64,000 nucleotides of DNA from Candidatus Firestoneibacteriota bacterium (GTDB lineage Bacteria > Oederibacteriota > D2-FULL-39-29 > JBBTED01), in the NCBI GenBank assembly GCA_038042445.1, contig JBBTED010000027.1:42470-106469 (forward strand), in the 5' to 3' direction. The position numbers and the translations under genes were made by a program. Under the pieces are notes generated by a model. That model made no database searches. It had not been told where the DNA came from and worked only from the letters and a program-made list of their open reading frames with translations. This document shows positions 48,915 to 58,689 of the stretch, in pieces; position 1 is the first letter of the stretch, and each line of letters starts with the position of its first letter.

Positions 48915-50498
48915 TTAACTTATAACGGCTAAGCTATTACAACTATTTTTATAGTGCTCCGGAGTAGTTCCTGTTAAACGTTTGAATATTCTGGCAAAAT
49001 ATTTAGGATCAGTAATACCACTTTCATAAGCGACTTTTTTTACACTCACATTTGGATATTGTTTTAATAATCTAATAGCATTTTTAAGCCTAATATCCTG
49101 CAAATACTTTATCGCACTTTGTCCTGTTTCTTTTTTGAAGATATGCGCAAAATGTGTATGACTTAATCCTACATATTCTGAAATTTGAGACAGAGAAATA
49201 CTCTTTTCAAAATTATTTTTCATAAACTCTGTGCCCTTTTTAATAACATTAGAATATTTCCTTTCATTAATAATACTTTCTATTTCATTTTCCATATTTT
49301 TTAGTGCATCTTTAATTTTTATTTCACCACTCAAACATAAAGATACATTTTTATTGATTGCAGGATATATTTTATAATAAAAAGGAATACTTGAGAAAAA
49401 TCTACCATTAGAAAGCAATTTACTCGCACAAGCAGGATTGAATTTTATATAATATGGTTGAGACTGCAATGGTTCATCAAATACATATTGAAACCTTGAA
49501 AATGGCCAATTCCATTTCTTATCTAAATTTTTGCACATTTTAGGGTTTGAGAAAAAACAAAATAATTTTTTTGCTATTTCAATATATTTAGTATTCTTTG
49601 GGACTACATAACTTCCACCTCCAGCAAGTGAAAAATGGTTTTTGCCAGAAGGTCCAATAGGAGTAAGCATATATCCAAATTTATTTTTTATTTTTGATTT
49701 TTTACATTTAACAAAATTTAATATTGCATCTGTCCAATGATGAAGGAATATACCTTTGCCATACATAAAGTCATCTACAAATTTATAATTATCACGAGTT
49801 AAATAATCTTTTGGAAAAAATTTATATTTGTGAATGAGTTTATGGAAAAAATCTAAAGTTTCAGCGGATTCTTTGCTATTTATAATTAAATTTTTCTCTG
49901 TGTCAAAAATATCCCCGCCATTTGACCATAAATATTCAATGAAATTTTCTCCTATTCTTTTCCCACCACGAAACATATAACCCCACAAGTCATTTTTTCC
50001 ATTCTTTAACATTTCACTACATTGAAATATTAATTCTTCCCATGTTTTTGGACCCCCCAAAAAACCATATTTGTCCAATATATCCTTTCTGTAAAATAAT
50101 GTTCCAAATGCTATATTTTTAGGTATACCATAAATATGTCCATTAAATATATTGTCTGACACTTGAACTAAATTTTCATTAATTTTTTCGGCTATGGTTT
50201 GTCTTTTTTCACCAAACCATATTTTTTTAGGTAATAATTCATCAAGAGGCATAAGAAACCCTTTTTCTGCTAATTCTTGTATACAAAAATGCATATGCGC
50301 AAGTGATATAAAACAAATATTTGTTGATGGCTTTTTAAATTCATTTACAAGTTCGTTGCCAAAAACTTCTGTTGGAGGTGTAATATAAGCAATTTTACAT
50401 TTAGGAAAGAATTTTTTAACTTCTATATTTAATTCAATTGGATATTTGCTTGTCCCATAAGGAAATCCATAATCTGCTACAATAGGTTTATCTTTCAT
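48915..50498 (-). CDS. Sugar-binding (SBP) domain fused to a C-terminal AraC HTH
   Basis: LFYRKDIL.K.G...PKTWEEL; HF..IFKKETG, VAYESG..D..YF.R.FK..TG.TP; no signal peptide or TM. Confidence 0.85.
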   Translation of the reverse strand: MKDKPIVADYGFPYGTSKYPIELNIEVKKFFPKCKIAYITPPTEVFGNELVNEFKKPSTNICFISLAHMHFCIQELAEKGFLMPLDELLPKKIWFGEKRQTIAEKINENLVQVSDNIFNGHIYGIPKNIAFGTLFYRKDILDKYGFLGGPKTWEELIFQCSEMLKNGKNDLWGYMFRGGKRIGENFIEYLWSNGGDIFDTEKNLIINSKESAETLDFFHKLIHKYKFFPKDYLTRDNYKFVDDFMYGKGIFLHHWTDAILNFVKCKKSKIKNKFGYMLTPIGPSGKNHFSLAGGGSYVVPKNTKYIEIAKKLFCFFSNPKMCKNLDKKWNWPFSRFQYVFDEPLQSQPYYIKFNPACASKLLSNGRFFSSIPFYYKIYPAINKNVSLCLSGEIKIKDALKNMENEIESIINERKYSNVIKKGTEFMKNNFEKSISLSQISEYVGLSHTHFAHIFKKETGQSAIKYLQDIRLKNAIRLLKQYPNVSVKKVAYESGITDPKYFARIFKRLTGTTPEHYKNSCNSLAVIS

Positions 50499-50504
50499 TG
50501 TTGT

Positions 50505-51110
50505 TTAAACTAAATGGCGGCCTTCAAGTGCGCGAACAAGTGTAACAGAATCTGCATATTCTATATCTGCACCTGCTGGCAAACCTGAAGCAATTCTGCT
50601 GGTTTTTATGTTTAGTGGTTTGATTAATTTAGATAAATATAGTGCAGTTGCTTCACCTTCTACACCTGCATTTGTTGCCAAAATTACTTCTTTGACATTA
50701 TTAGATTTCAGACGAGAAATTAAATTGGTTATTTTTAACTCATCAGGACCTATGCCGTCTAATGGAGAAAGCGCACCCATTAAAACATAATAGACTCCAT
50801 TGTAACTGTAAGTTTTTTCAATAGCAATCACATCAATTGGATTATGCACAACGCATATAACAGAACTATCTCTTTTTAAATCAGAACAAACTCCACACAA
50901 TTCCTGTTCTGCAAAATTATTGCAAGACTTACAATAGCCGATTTTAGCTTTTGCCTCAGTGATTGCTGTGGTCAAATTTTTCGCTTCTTCTGAATTTGAT
51001 TTTAAAATATAAAATGCCAATCTCTGCGCGGTTTTAGGACCAACACCAGGCAATTTCTCTAATTCTTGAATTAATTTTTCTAAAGATTCAGCGAACAATC
51101 CTACCCCCAA
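50505..51110 (-). CDS. recR: Recombination protein RecR
   Basis: LPGVGPKTAQRLA, C4 zinc finger, EVILAT..VEGEATA. Confidence 0.96.
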   Translation of the reverse strand: MGVGLFAESLEKLIQELEKLPGVGPKTAQRLAFYILKSNSEEAKNLTTAITEAKAKIGYCKSCNNFAEQELCGVCSDLKRDSSVICVVHNPIDVIAIEKTYSYNGVYYVLMGALSPLDGIGPDELKITNLISRLKSNNVKEVILATNAGVEGEATALYLSKLIKPLNIKTSRIASGLPAGADIEYADSVTLVRALEGRHLV

Positions 51111-52944
51111 AAATATTTTTTGCAGATTTTAATATTTGTGGATTATCAGTAGCTATTTTTGATTCACCTGATTTAACTGTATTAGTAGAAACACCATTTT
51201 CTTCAGTCATGGTTTCCTCCACAACTGGACTTACGCTTTCGGTCATTCGCTCAGGAGAACTCCTTTCAGTCGAACCTATATCATTCCCTTCGGTCTCACT
51301 TCCAGTATTCCTTTCAGTCTCAGAAATATGTGTTTTTTTAACAACAAATTTTAATCTTACTTTAGTATGCATTTCATTTTCAAACACTACTTCAACTATT
51401 TTTTTATTTTCTGGTCTTTCCAAACTTCCTTTATTAAAATCATTTACAACCTCAATCATTATTGTATCATTTTCATATTTAGCAGGTTGGGCATTTATAA
51501 GAAGTGAATGTATCCGTTTATTTTCCTGCCCTATTTTTTCCAGAACAAACTGCCACATTTTTTTTATTTTTTGAATATCCAATTTGGTGTCTTTTGAATT
51601 TGGGACCTCTTCAATTTCATTTACACTTAATATTTTTTCAGCGTTATCCTGAGTATTCACTTCCAGTATTCCTTTCAGTCTCACCTGCACGTTTTTGGTT
51701 ACACCATTCCCTTTGGTCTCAGAAACTTCAACAGGAACTTTTTTCTCTGATGTTTTATTTGTACTTCCAGTATTCCTTTCAGTCATGGTTCCACCATTCT
51801 CTTTGGTTGCCGAGCCAATATACTTATCTTCACTATACCGCTCGCTTTGCTCGGGTATAGGGCTTGCCGTTTTTATAAGTCTTATAACAGCAATTTCCAC
51901 TAATAACCTCTGTTGATCTGAACGTTTTAATTTTCCATCAAGATCTGACAAAATGCTTATTTTCTCCATTATATCTTGTATTGAAAACTTATCTGCATGC
52001 TGTTTGATTGTAGGTAAAAGTGATGTTTCAATATCTACTATTTCTTCCATTTTTATTTTGCACATTAATAAATCTCGTGCATATTGAAGCCAATCTTTTA
52101 CAAATCTTGGTATATTGCAACCTTTTTTAACAAGTTCATCTACTAATTTCAAACCAGCTCTTGTATCCTGATTATACATTGCTGTATCAAATTTTATAAA
52201 CTCTTCTATATCAACTATTCCTAAAGCAGATGTTACATCTTTATATTTGATTTCATTCTCTGTAAAACTTATGAGCTGGTCAAAAATACTCTGAGCATCT
52301 CTTAGTGAACCATCAACTGCTCTTGCAATATATGCCAAAGCTTCTTTTTCCACTTTGATATTCTCGCCTTTTGCAATTTGATTTAAATTATCAATTATCT
52401 CCTGAACAGTCATTCGCTTAAAATAAAATTTTTGGCATCGCGACTGAATTGTAAGTGGAATTTTATTTGCTTCTGTTGTAGCCAGTATAAAAATAACATG
52501 AGCAGGCGGCTCTTCTAAAGTTTTAAGCAAAGCATTAAATGCCGGCTCTGTCAACATATGCACTTCATCTATTATGTATACCTTATAAGAACATCTGGTA
52601 GGTGTAAACCGCACATTTTCCCGTAATTCTCTTATTTCATCTATTCCACGGTTAGATGCTGCATCCATTTCTATGATATCAAGTGATGCTCCTGAAGAAA
52701 TTTCTTTGCATATTGAACATTCATTGCAAGGTTCAGCATTAGCACCTTTTTCACAATTAATTGCTTTTGCTAAAATTCTGGCAGTAGTAGTTTTTCCAAC
52801 TCCACGTGGTCCGGCAAATAAATAGGCATGAGCTATTCTTTTGGAAATAACTGCATTTTTTAGAGTTGTAGTTATATGTTCCTGACCAACTATATCACTA
52901 AAAGATTTAGGTCTATATTTTCTGGCAAAAACTATATAGGACAT
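51088..52944 (-). CDS. dnaX: DNA polymerase III subunit gamma/tau
   Basis: ARKYRP, GPRGVGKTT, DAASN, IIDEVHML, NALLKTLEEPP, SRC. Confidence 0.96.
   Translation of the reverse strand: MSYIVFARKYRPKSFSDIVGQEHITTTLKNAVISKRIAHAYLFAGPRGVGKTTTARILAKAINCEKGANAEPCNECSICKEISSGASLDIIEMDAASNRGIDEIRELRENVRFTPTRCSYKVYIIDEVHMLTEPAFNALLKTLEEPPAHVIFILATTEANKIPLTIQSRCQKFYFKRMTVQEIIDNLNQIAKGENIKVEKEALAYIARAVDGSLRDAQSIFDQLISFTENEIKYKDVTSALGIVDIEEFIKFDTAMYNQDTRAGLKLVDELVKKGCNIPRFVKDWLQYARDLLMCKIKMEEIVDIETSLLPTIKQHADKFSIQDIMEKISILSDLDGKLKRSDQQRLLVEIAVIRLIKTASPIPEQSERYSEDKYIGSATKENGGTMTERNTGSTNKTSEKKVPVEVSETKGNGVTKNVQVRLKGILEVNTQDNAEKILSVNEIEEVPNSKDTKLDIQKIKKMWQFVLEKIGQENKRIHSLLINAQPAKYENDTIMIEVVNDFNKGSLERPENKKIVEVVFENEMHTKVRLKFVVKKTHISETERNTGSETEGNDIGSTERSSPERMTESVSPVVEETMTEENGVSTNTVKSGESKIATDNPQILKSAKNIFGGRIVR
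51297..51784. repeat. Dispersed 22-26 bp repeats inside the dnaX 3' half
   Basis: cacttccagtattcctttcagtctca at 51297-51322 and 51658-51683; 22-bp core at 51763-51784. Confidence 0.85.
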
Positions 52945-53489
52945 TAGACGAACCCAATTTTTTCTTGGTCTTTCAGATATTTTTTCCTGTTCTGGTTAAA
53001 TATAAATCTATTGAGTTTTATCTGGTCATTTCCAAGATTCATAAAAGTCACACCAAAACAATAATATCTGTCAGATAATTTTTCTGCTCGGACTATACTT
53101 CCCTGGATATTTTCAAATTTTTCCTCGCCTTGAATTTGAAAATCCAAAAATACCTGAGTTTTAATATCCAATTCTTTATCTACAACTACTGCAGCACCCA
53201 TAGAACTTATATTAATAAGAACACCATTAAAAACAACCTCTTCTGAATTTCGTGTATTGATATCAACACCTGCAAGAACATTAATCCTCTGATAAATTCT
53301 TTTTTCAGGGCTGTATTCATAAACTTTCTGCAGTAGAGCTGCTATACCTTTTTCTATTAATTCCTCTGCGCAATCTTCACAATAATCCATTTTTAAAATT
53401 TTGATATGGCATGCGGTACAAATTGGATTATTGCAAATAGTACATTCTGCAATAGCTTCTTTATCTATATGTCTAAAACAATTTGTCAT
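52944..53489 (-). CDS. B-box zinc finger plus PilZ domain protein
   Basis: C..H......C..C...IC..C.......C..C; EKR..QR and NIS..G PilZ motifs; start ATG 53489 (the ORF-track start lies in the tRNA). Confidence 0.8.
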   Translation of the reverse strand: MTNCFRHIDKEAIAECTICNNPICTACHIKILKMDYCEDCAEELIEKGIAALLQKVYEYSPEKRIYQRINVLAGVDINTRNSEEVVFNGVLINISSMGAAVVVDKELDIKTQVFLDFQIQGEEKFENIQGSIVRAEKLSDRYYCFGVTFMNLGNDQIKLNRFIFNQNRKKYLKDQEKIGFV

Positions 53490-53503
53490 AAATATTATTG
53501 CTT

Positions 53504-53579
53504 TGGTGGAGATGAGCGGAATCGAACCGCCGACCTTCCCGTTGCGAACGGGACGCTCTCCCAACTGAGCTACATCCCC
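53504..53579 (-). tRNA. tRNA-Ala (CGC)
   Basis: GGGGATG acceptor with G3:U70, TCCCG-TT-CGC-AA-CGGGA anticodon arm, TTCGA T-loop, encoded CCA; 76 nt. Confidence 0.97.
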
Positions 53580-53676
53580 TAATAATTTTTATATTATAAC
53601 AATTCAATCCATACTGTCAATATAGAATTATACCATCAAACCAAAACAGAAATATCCTCTTTTTCTTTAAAAGTTG

Positions 53677-54065
53677 TCAAAATTTTTCTATTTTGTCCAA
53701 AACAAATTCTTTAATTTTTAAGGCAGAGTTATAGGCTTTTTTGGCATCATCCCAGGAAAATTTAGGCCAGTCTCCAGGATATCGGCTTTCAATATAAAAT
53801 TCAGAAAGGAGTACCGCTTCTTCATTTAATTCTTTAAAAGAAAAACTTATCTCTTTACATAATTGCAATAATTTCTCTAATTGATGAATTTTGGGAATTC
53901 TTTTTTATGAAAAACTAAAAACCCCTTGATATATTTTTCTGCCATCTGCTGAGCAAGAAAACAGGCTGTAGATGGAGCTCCCTTTTCTGTAAGTATAGCA
54001 TTAATTGAAAGTTCATCTTCTTCCGCTTTAACAAACCACTCTTGATAGAGATTATTTTGACTCAT
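53677..54065 (-). pseudogene. HEPN domain protein split by a -1 frameshift
   Basis: CFLAQQMAEKYIKG in one frame; IHQLEKLLQLC...ESRYP in the -1 frame; junction at CCCAAAA (53889-53895). Confidence 0.75.
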
Positions 54066-54381
54066 AAAGTAATTTACCCTTGTGTATAATGTTTCTAATA
54101 AAAAAATCTCCCATTTTTATTCTTTCTTCTACTTCACTAGGAGTAAATACTAATCCATCTGCCGCTATGTCAAAGTCTAAAAACAGATATCTCAATTTCA
54201 GCTGACGTTCTCTTTTTAATTCACTTGTTTGTTTAACTACAAACAAATCCACATCGCTATTTTCAGTCGGCTCTCCCCACGCATACGAACCAAATAAAAT
54301 AATTTTTTCTGGCTGGAAGGTTTGAACAACTTTATTGACTATTTCTTTCAATTTTTCATCAATATTATTTTTTGAATTCAC
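54052..54381 (-). CDS. Minimal nucleotidyltransferase (MNT) of an MNT-HEPN pair
   Basis: IILFGSYAWG....SDVDL; start codon uncertain (GTG 54381). Confidence 0.88.
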   Translation of the reverse strand: MNSKNNIDEKLKEIVNKVVQTFQPEKIILFGSYAWGEPTENSDVDLFVVKQTSELKRERQLKLRYLFLDFDIAADGLVFTPSEVEERIKMGDFFIRNIIHKGKLLYESK

Positions 54382-54506
54382 AACATGAATTATACACAAA
54401 ATAATAATGCGATGCAATAAAAATGGAAAATACGATACCCATCACAAATGACAAAATATGGTAACCCTGTGGCAAGTCACAGGAAATTATCAAATTCAAA
54501 CACAAC

Positions 54507-55097
54507 TCATCTTTCTTCCAATACAATATCATCAATAAATATGTTGCTTGAATCTACGGAAGTAGCATCACGCCAATCTACCTTTACCACTATAGTAGCA
54601 AATAATGCATCCGCTGGTGGCAAAACTTCAGCTTTAAATGTAAATTTTGTGTATTCACTTATTTCCTTTCCAGAATAAAGATATGCTATCGTACTCTCAT
54701 CCCCTATAATCACCTTCTTTTCATTTTCCCACCTTACAGCAATTATAAGTCTACCTACCTTTTCTTTTTTAATCCAACATTCTGCATAATATTTTTTATC
54801 CGGTGAAATTTTTATACCTGCCTGAGCATATATAAATAGAACTTCTCTCAATGGATTCATTGTTATTTTAATAGCATTCTTGCCTGTATGCGCATCTCCA
54901 GTAACAGTATAATCTGCACAAAGTTTATCTTTATTTTGCTTTGAGGAAAAAGATAAATCCCAATCAGTAAATTTATTACCATCATAATCCTCAAAACCAG
55001 AATTTTTTACAAGATTTTCTGCTGCCATTACTCCAGTACATATAAATGGCATAAAGAAAACCCACATTATAATTATTACAAGTTTACCATTTTTCAT
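54507..55097 (-). CDS. Secreted CBM-like protein
   Basis: Signal peptide, NLVKNSGFE, AHTGKNA, FIDDI. Confidence 0.7.
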   Translation of the reverse strand: MKNGKLVIIIMWVFFMPFICTGVMAAENLVKNSGFEDYDGNKFTDWDLSFSSKQNKDKLCADYTVTGDAHTGKNAIKITMNPLREVLFIYAQAGIKISPDKKYYAECWIKKEKVGRLIIAVRWENEKKVIIGDESTIAYLYSGKEISEYTKFTFKAEVLPPADALFATIVVKVDWRDATSVDSSNIFIDDIVLEER

Positions 55098-55255
55098 TTA
55101 ATCCACCTCCGTATCGTAAAGAGGGTATAAAAAAACAAACCCTCAATGTTTACCCTATACCACTTTAGTATAGGGTTACCTACATTTTTTAAGGTCATCA
55201 CCTCCAAAATTTTATTTACTTAAATTCTTTTTTTTCTTCTATATTATATAATATT

Positions 55256-57040
55256 TTATTTCACTGCTTGCACGCAACGAAATCCTACAAGAACATCACA
55301 GCTATTAGGTGAATAGTAACTACGTTCTGCAGACCGACAGCCTATGGCAATGTTATTCCATGAGCCACCACGAATAACTTTAGAACTACCAACACTTATA
55401 TATAATCCATTTTTACCACCTACATATATTGTATTTGTTTTAACTGGATGCACTATAACTTTAGCTAACACACCAGCTTCTTTTAGTTTTGGAGTTAAAT
55501 CCACCCAATTGTTTCCTTCATCATTAGAAAAATATAATCCTTTTTCCCAACACGCATATATCTGTTTGGAATTAATCGGATTAAAAACAATAGCGCTAGC
55601 ACCACTCCCAGTTGTATCAACATTCAGTGCCTGTTTCCATGTTTCCCCACCATCTATACTTTTAACCACTCCACCTTTCTTTGTATGTGGGTCCTGATTC
55701 AAAGCATAAACTATATTATTATCAACTGGATTAATAATTATATCATTTACCCATCCACCATTCGGCATTTTTTTATTACCTGTAACAGGATCCCATGTAA
55801 CATTATACCAACTCTTACCTCCATCTATTGATTTCACTGCTCCATGGTCACTATTTCCAATAAATAGTATATCCGAGTTTTTAGGGTCAACACCTACACA
55901 TCGTGTATGACCATATATACATATCCCTGTATGCGTCCATTTACCAGGACTTACCTCTTTTGATACAACACCTCTCCAGCTTTTTCCTGAATCTATTGTT
56001 TTTAATATAGCACGTGAGGCAGCAAGATATACTACATCATCATTATCAGGATCAATAACTATATCATTAGGCCCACCAGGAATCTCAAGCCATGTATTTG
56101 GAGCTCCATTCTCATTTAGAACCATATTCCAGTTATTACCACCATCTATGGTTTTCCATACTCCCTTTCCACCACCACCAAAACTTTGATTACATAAATA
56201 TATAATATCAGGATTCTTTTTACTTATACACATAGTGTTATAGTTAGAATTTTCACCTACAATCAAACCCTTGTTAATCGGATTCCATGTTTCTCCTCTA
56301 TCTTCACTTCTATATACACCTTTTGACACTACACTAACATAAATTATATTTGACTTCTCCGGATTAATTGCAATAGCTTTTGTAGAAATATCTAAAATTT
56401 TATTCCACGTTTTACCTGCATCTTTACTAATAAATAACCCCTTAGGCGTTGCTATATATATTCGTGCTGAATCTGTCAAATCAAATTGAATGTCCTGAAT
56501 ATGTACATCTGTTGCACCTATACCTAAATTTGAAATGATTTTCCATGTTTCTCCCTCATCTTTTGATTCATATATATCGCCCTTAAAACTTCCATATCTT
56601 GGATTATCATCACGCTTTCCCTGTCCCATTAATAAATGTTTTGAATCTTTAGGATCCACTGCTAATCCTCCAACATTCAATGAAACAGTAGAAGGTTGTG
56701 GACTACCTATACCATTCCATTTTGCTACCCAATTATTTCCTCTATCAGTTGATTTATAAAGTCCTCCTCTACCTCCAACCAAAAATGTATCCCCAGATGT
56801 ATGAATAACTCTTGTTTTGATATTATAAGCATTAAATCCTTTATTTATTGCCTGCCAACTTTCTCCTTTATCTATACTCTTATATATCCCACCTATATCA
56901 ATTCCAGCATAAATAATGTTATCTATAATATTTATATTTACAACCTGGTCCCCATGACCTGAACCTATTTGTTTCCATTGTATCTCTTCACCAAAAACAC
57001 TACTGCTAATACACATACATAAAATCAATATTTTATACAT
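55256..57040 (-). CDS. Secreted BNR/Asp-box (VPS10-like) beta-propeller with a C-terminal FGE/CLec-type tail
   Basis: Many S.D.G..W boxes; ends VIRGGSW...CRSA.R....P......GFRC; start ATG 57040 after GGAGGAG. Confidence 0.85.
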   Translation of the reverse strand: MYKILILCMCISSSVFGEEIQWKQIGSGHGDQVVNINIIDNIIYAGIDIGGIYKSIDKGESWQAINKGFNAYNIKTRVIHTSGDTFLVGGRGGLYKSTDRGNNWVAKWNGIGSPQPSTVSLNVGGLAVDPKDSKHLLMGQGKRDDNPRYGSFKGDIYESKDEGETWKIISNLGIGATDVHIQDIQFDLTDSARIYIATPKGLFISKDAGKTWNKILDISTKAIAINPEKSNIIYVSVVSKGVYRSEDRGETWNPINKGLIVGENSNYNTMCISKKNPDIIYLCNQSFGGGGKGVWKTIDGGNNWNMVLNENGAPNTWLEIPGGPNDIVIDPDNDDVVYLAASRAILKTIDSGKSWRGVVSKEVSPGKWTHTGICIYGHTRCVGVDPKNSDILFIGNSDHGAVKSIDGGKSWYNVTWDPVTGNKKMPNGGWVNDIIINPVDNNIVYALNQDPHTKKGGVVKSIDGGETWKQALNVDTTGSGASAIVFNPINSKQIYACWEKGLYFSNDEGNNWVDLTPKLKEAGVLAKVIVHPVKTNTIYVGGKNGLYISVGSSKVIRGGSWNNIAIGCRSAERSYYSPNSCDVLVGFRCVQAVK

Positions 57041-57124
57041 ATTTCTCCTCCCCTTATTATTTGATAACATAAGGTCTTTAAACCATTCACTACCTTTCAT
57101 TTTCTTTCATAATTCTTTAACTTA

Positions 57125-58669
57125 TTATTTAATTATTTCTATTGTTCCAACTTTATAACGTTTTTGGTTATCTTTGCCAGCAATAGCTAATTCTATTCCA
57201 ATATTCGGATTTTCCATATCTTTCATACCTATATATAAATCATAGGTGCCTTTTTTTATTTCTGTAGGTATTGTCCAGGATAATACATCTTCAACTATAC
57301 ACTTAGCATCCCACAGTAACGATGATGTATTTATTCCCGGCAATTGCACCTCTTCGTAAACTGTGCTACCATCTGCATCTACCAATGCAAGAAGTATACC
57401 GTAATTTTCATAGCAAGGTGCAGAGCCTTTGTTCTCCCATTTGTATTTGATTGTGAATTTCTCTTCTGCATTAATTCTCTGCGGATATTTAATTTCCTTT
57501 AAAACAAATCTATATCCTGCATATCGTGCCATATATCGCCATAGATTTTTTTCATCTTCAATTGTCATTGAAGAAACCTCTGGAGAATCATTCCAAGGGG
57601 TAAACTCTATACACTCATTCCAAGAAGAAAACCTTTTTTTAATTTCTTTTGTACCTACTGTCATTTCTACTAATCCTTCAAATTCCATACCTCTATTCCA
57701 GTAGCTAATATGACATTTCAAAGCTGATTTTAATGCTTTAATAGGAACAAGATTTTCCATCATAACTTTAACTTTTGGATAATACATATCAAAATATTCT
57801 ATTACCCAATTGTCTATATATGGATCTTTCGTTCCTTCAAAAGATTTGCCTAATCCATTATATTTAAGACATATTTTTTTTGACACTAAATATTGCATTA
57901 TTTCTTCTACATCGCGAATATGGATAAAATTAGTAGATGTTGACATCTCGCCTTTATACGAATTATATGAAGGACTCCCTAATTCCTGAACAATAGGAGT
58001 ATCTGGAAAAGCATCTACATACATATCAATAATTTTCTTGTGTGCTTTTATATATGTAGGAATATTTAAACCTGCATCAAGCCATGGTTCTACTGAAGTA
58101 TGTTCTGATATATGCATTTCTCCCCACCTACCCATAAAACCTATTATTACAAATTCTATATTAGGATTGCCATTATATCTTTTTCCTAAAGCATTAATAA
58201 AATTATTTGCTTTTTCCAAATATATAGGGTCCCAGTATACAGGAAACCTTATAGGTCTTTCATCTATAGACCATCTACCACCCAAATTATGGTATTTAAT
58301 AGGTTCATCAATATACTTTGCCCCTGCATCAAATACCCATTGTGGAACTCCATCATTGTAAAGTGTTCCCAAAGTTGACATTCCTCTTACTTGAATTCCA
58401 ACTTTGTAACCATTTTCTATCCACGAGTTAAAACACCCCTCCCACTCAGGATGCTCCCAGTGAAATACTCCTTCTTGCGGTTCTAATAGTGACCATGGTA
58501 TATCCATAGTAACTTTATTTGTTAGTTTTTCTTTGAGAAACCATGCATCTTTTGGCACCTGATCATACCTTATTTTATTGTTACCACGTTGAATATATAA
58601 TATCCCCATTCCGGGATTATGCAGATAATCATCTGTTTCTTTTGGTAAACCAATTATTTCTTTTTCCAC
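57125..58669 (-). CDS. GH-A-like glycoside hydrolase with DUF4832-like C-terminus
   Basis: NPGMG, W..LEP..G.F.W, G.WGEMH, GYRFVL, WENKGSAP.Y. Confidence 0.7.
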   Translation of the reverse strand: MEKEIIGLPKETDDYLHNPGMGILYIQRGNNKIRYDQVPKDAWFLKEKLTNKVTMDIPWSLLEPQEGVFHWEHPEWEGCFNSWIENGYKVGIQVRGMSTLGTLYNDGVPQWVFDAGAKYIDEPIKYHNLGGRWSIDERPIRFPVYWDPIYLEKANNFINALGKRYNGNPNIEFVIIGFMGRWGEMHISEHTSVEPWLDAGLNIPTYIKAHKKIIDMYVDAFPDTPIVQELGSPSYNSYKGEMSTSTNFIHIRDVEEIMQYLVSKKICLKYNGLGKSFEGTKDPYIDNWVIEYFDMYYPKVKVMMENLVPIKALKSALKCHISYWNRGMEFEGLVEMTVGTKEIKKRFSSWNECIEFTPWNDSPEVSSMTIEDEKNLWRYMARYAGYRFVLKEIKYPQRINAEEKFTIKYKWENKGSAPCYENYGILLALVDADGSTVYEEVQLPGINTSSLLWDAKCIVEDVLSWTIPTEIKKGTYDLYIGMKDMENPNIGIELAIAGKDNQKRYKVGTIEIIK

Positions 58670-58689
58670 AAGAATCCTCCTAAAAATTT

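Noticed and set aside
51555..51570. A8 run in dnaX as a gamma/tau slippage site
   Set aside because: Such runs are common in this AT-rich DNA, and no stimulatory element is evident.
53490..53564. N-terminal extension of the PilZ ORF
   Set aside because: It is translated tRNA-Ala sequence; the real start is ATG 53489.
53504..53579. tRNA as an island integration site
   Set aside because: No integrase and no duplicated tRNA 3' end were seen in the window.
55094..55198. 34-codon minus-strand ORF overlapping the start of the CBM-like gene
   Set aside because: The SD-like GGAGG is only 2 nt from the ATG and the ORF is mostly hairpin sequence; there is no other support.
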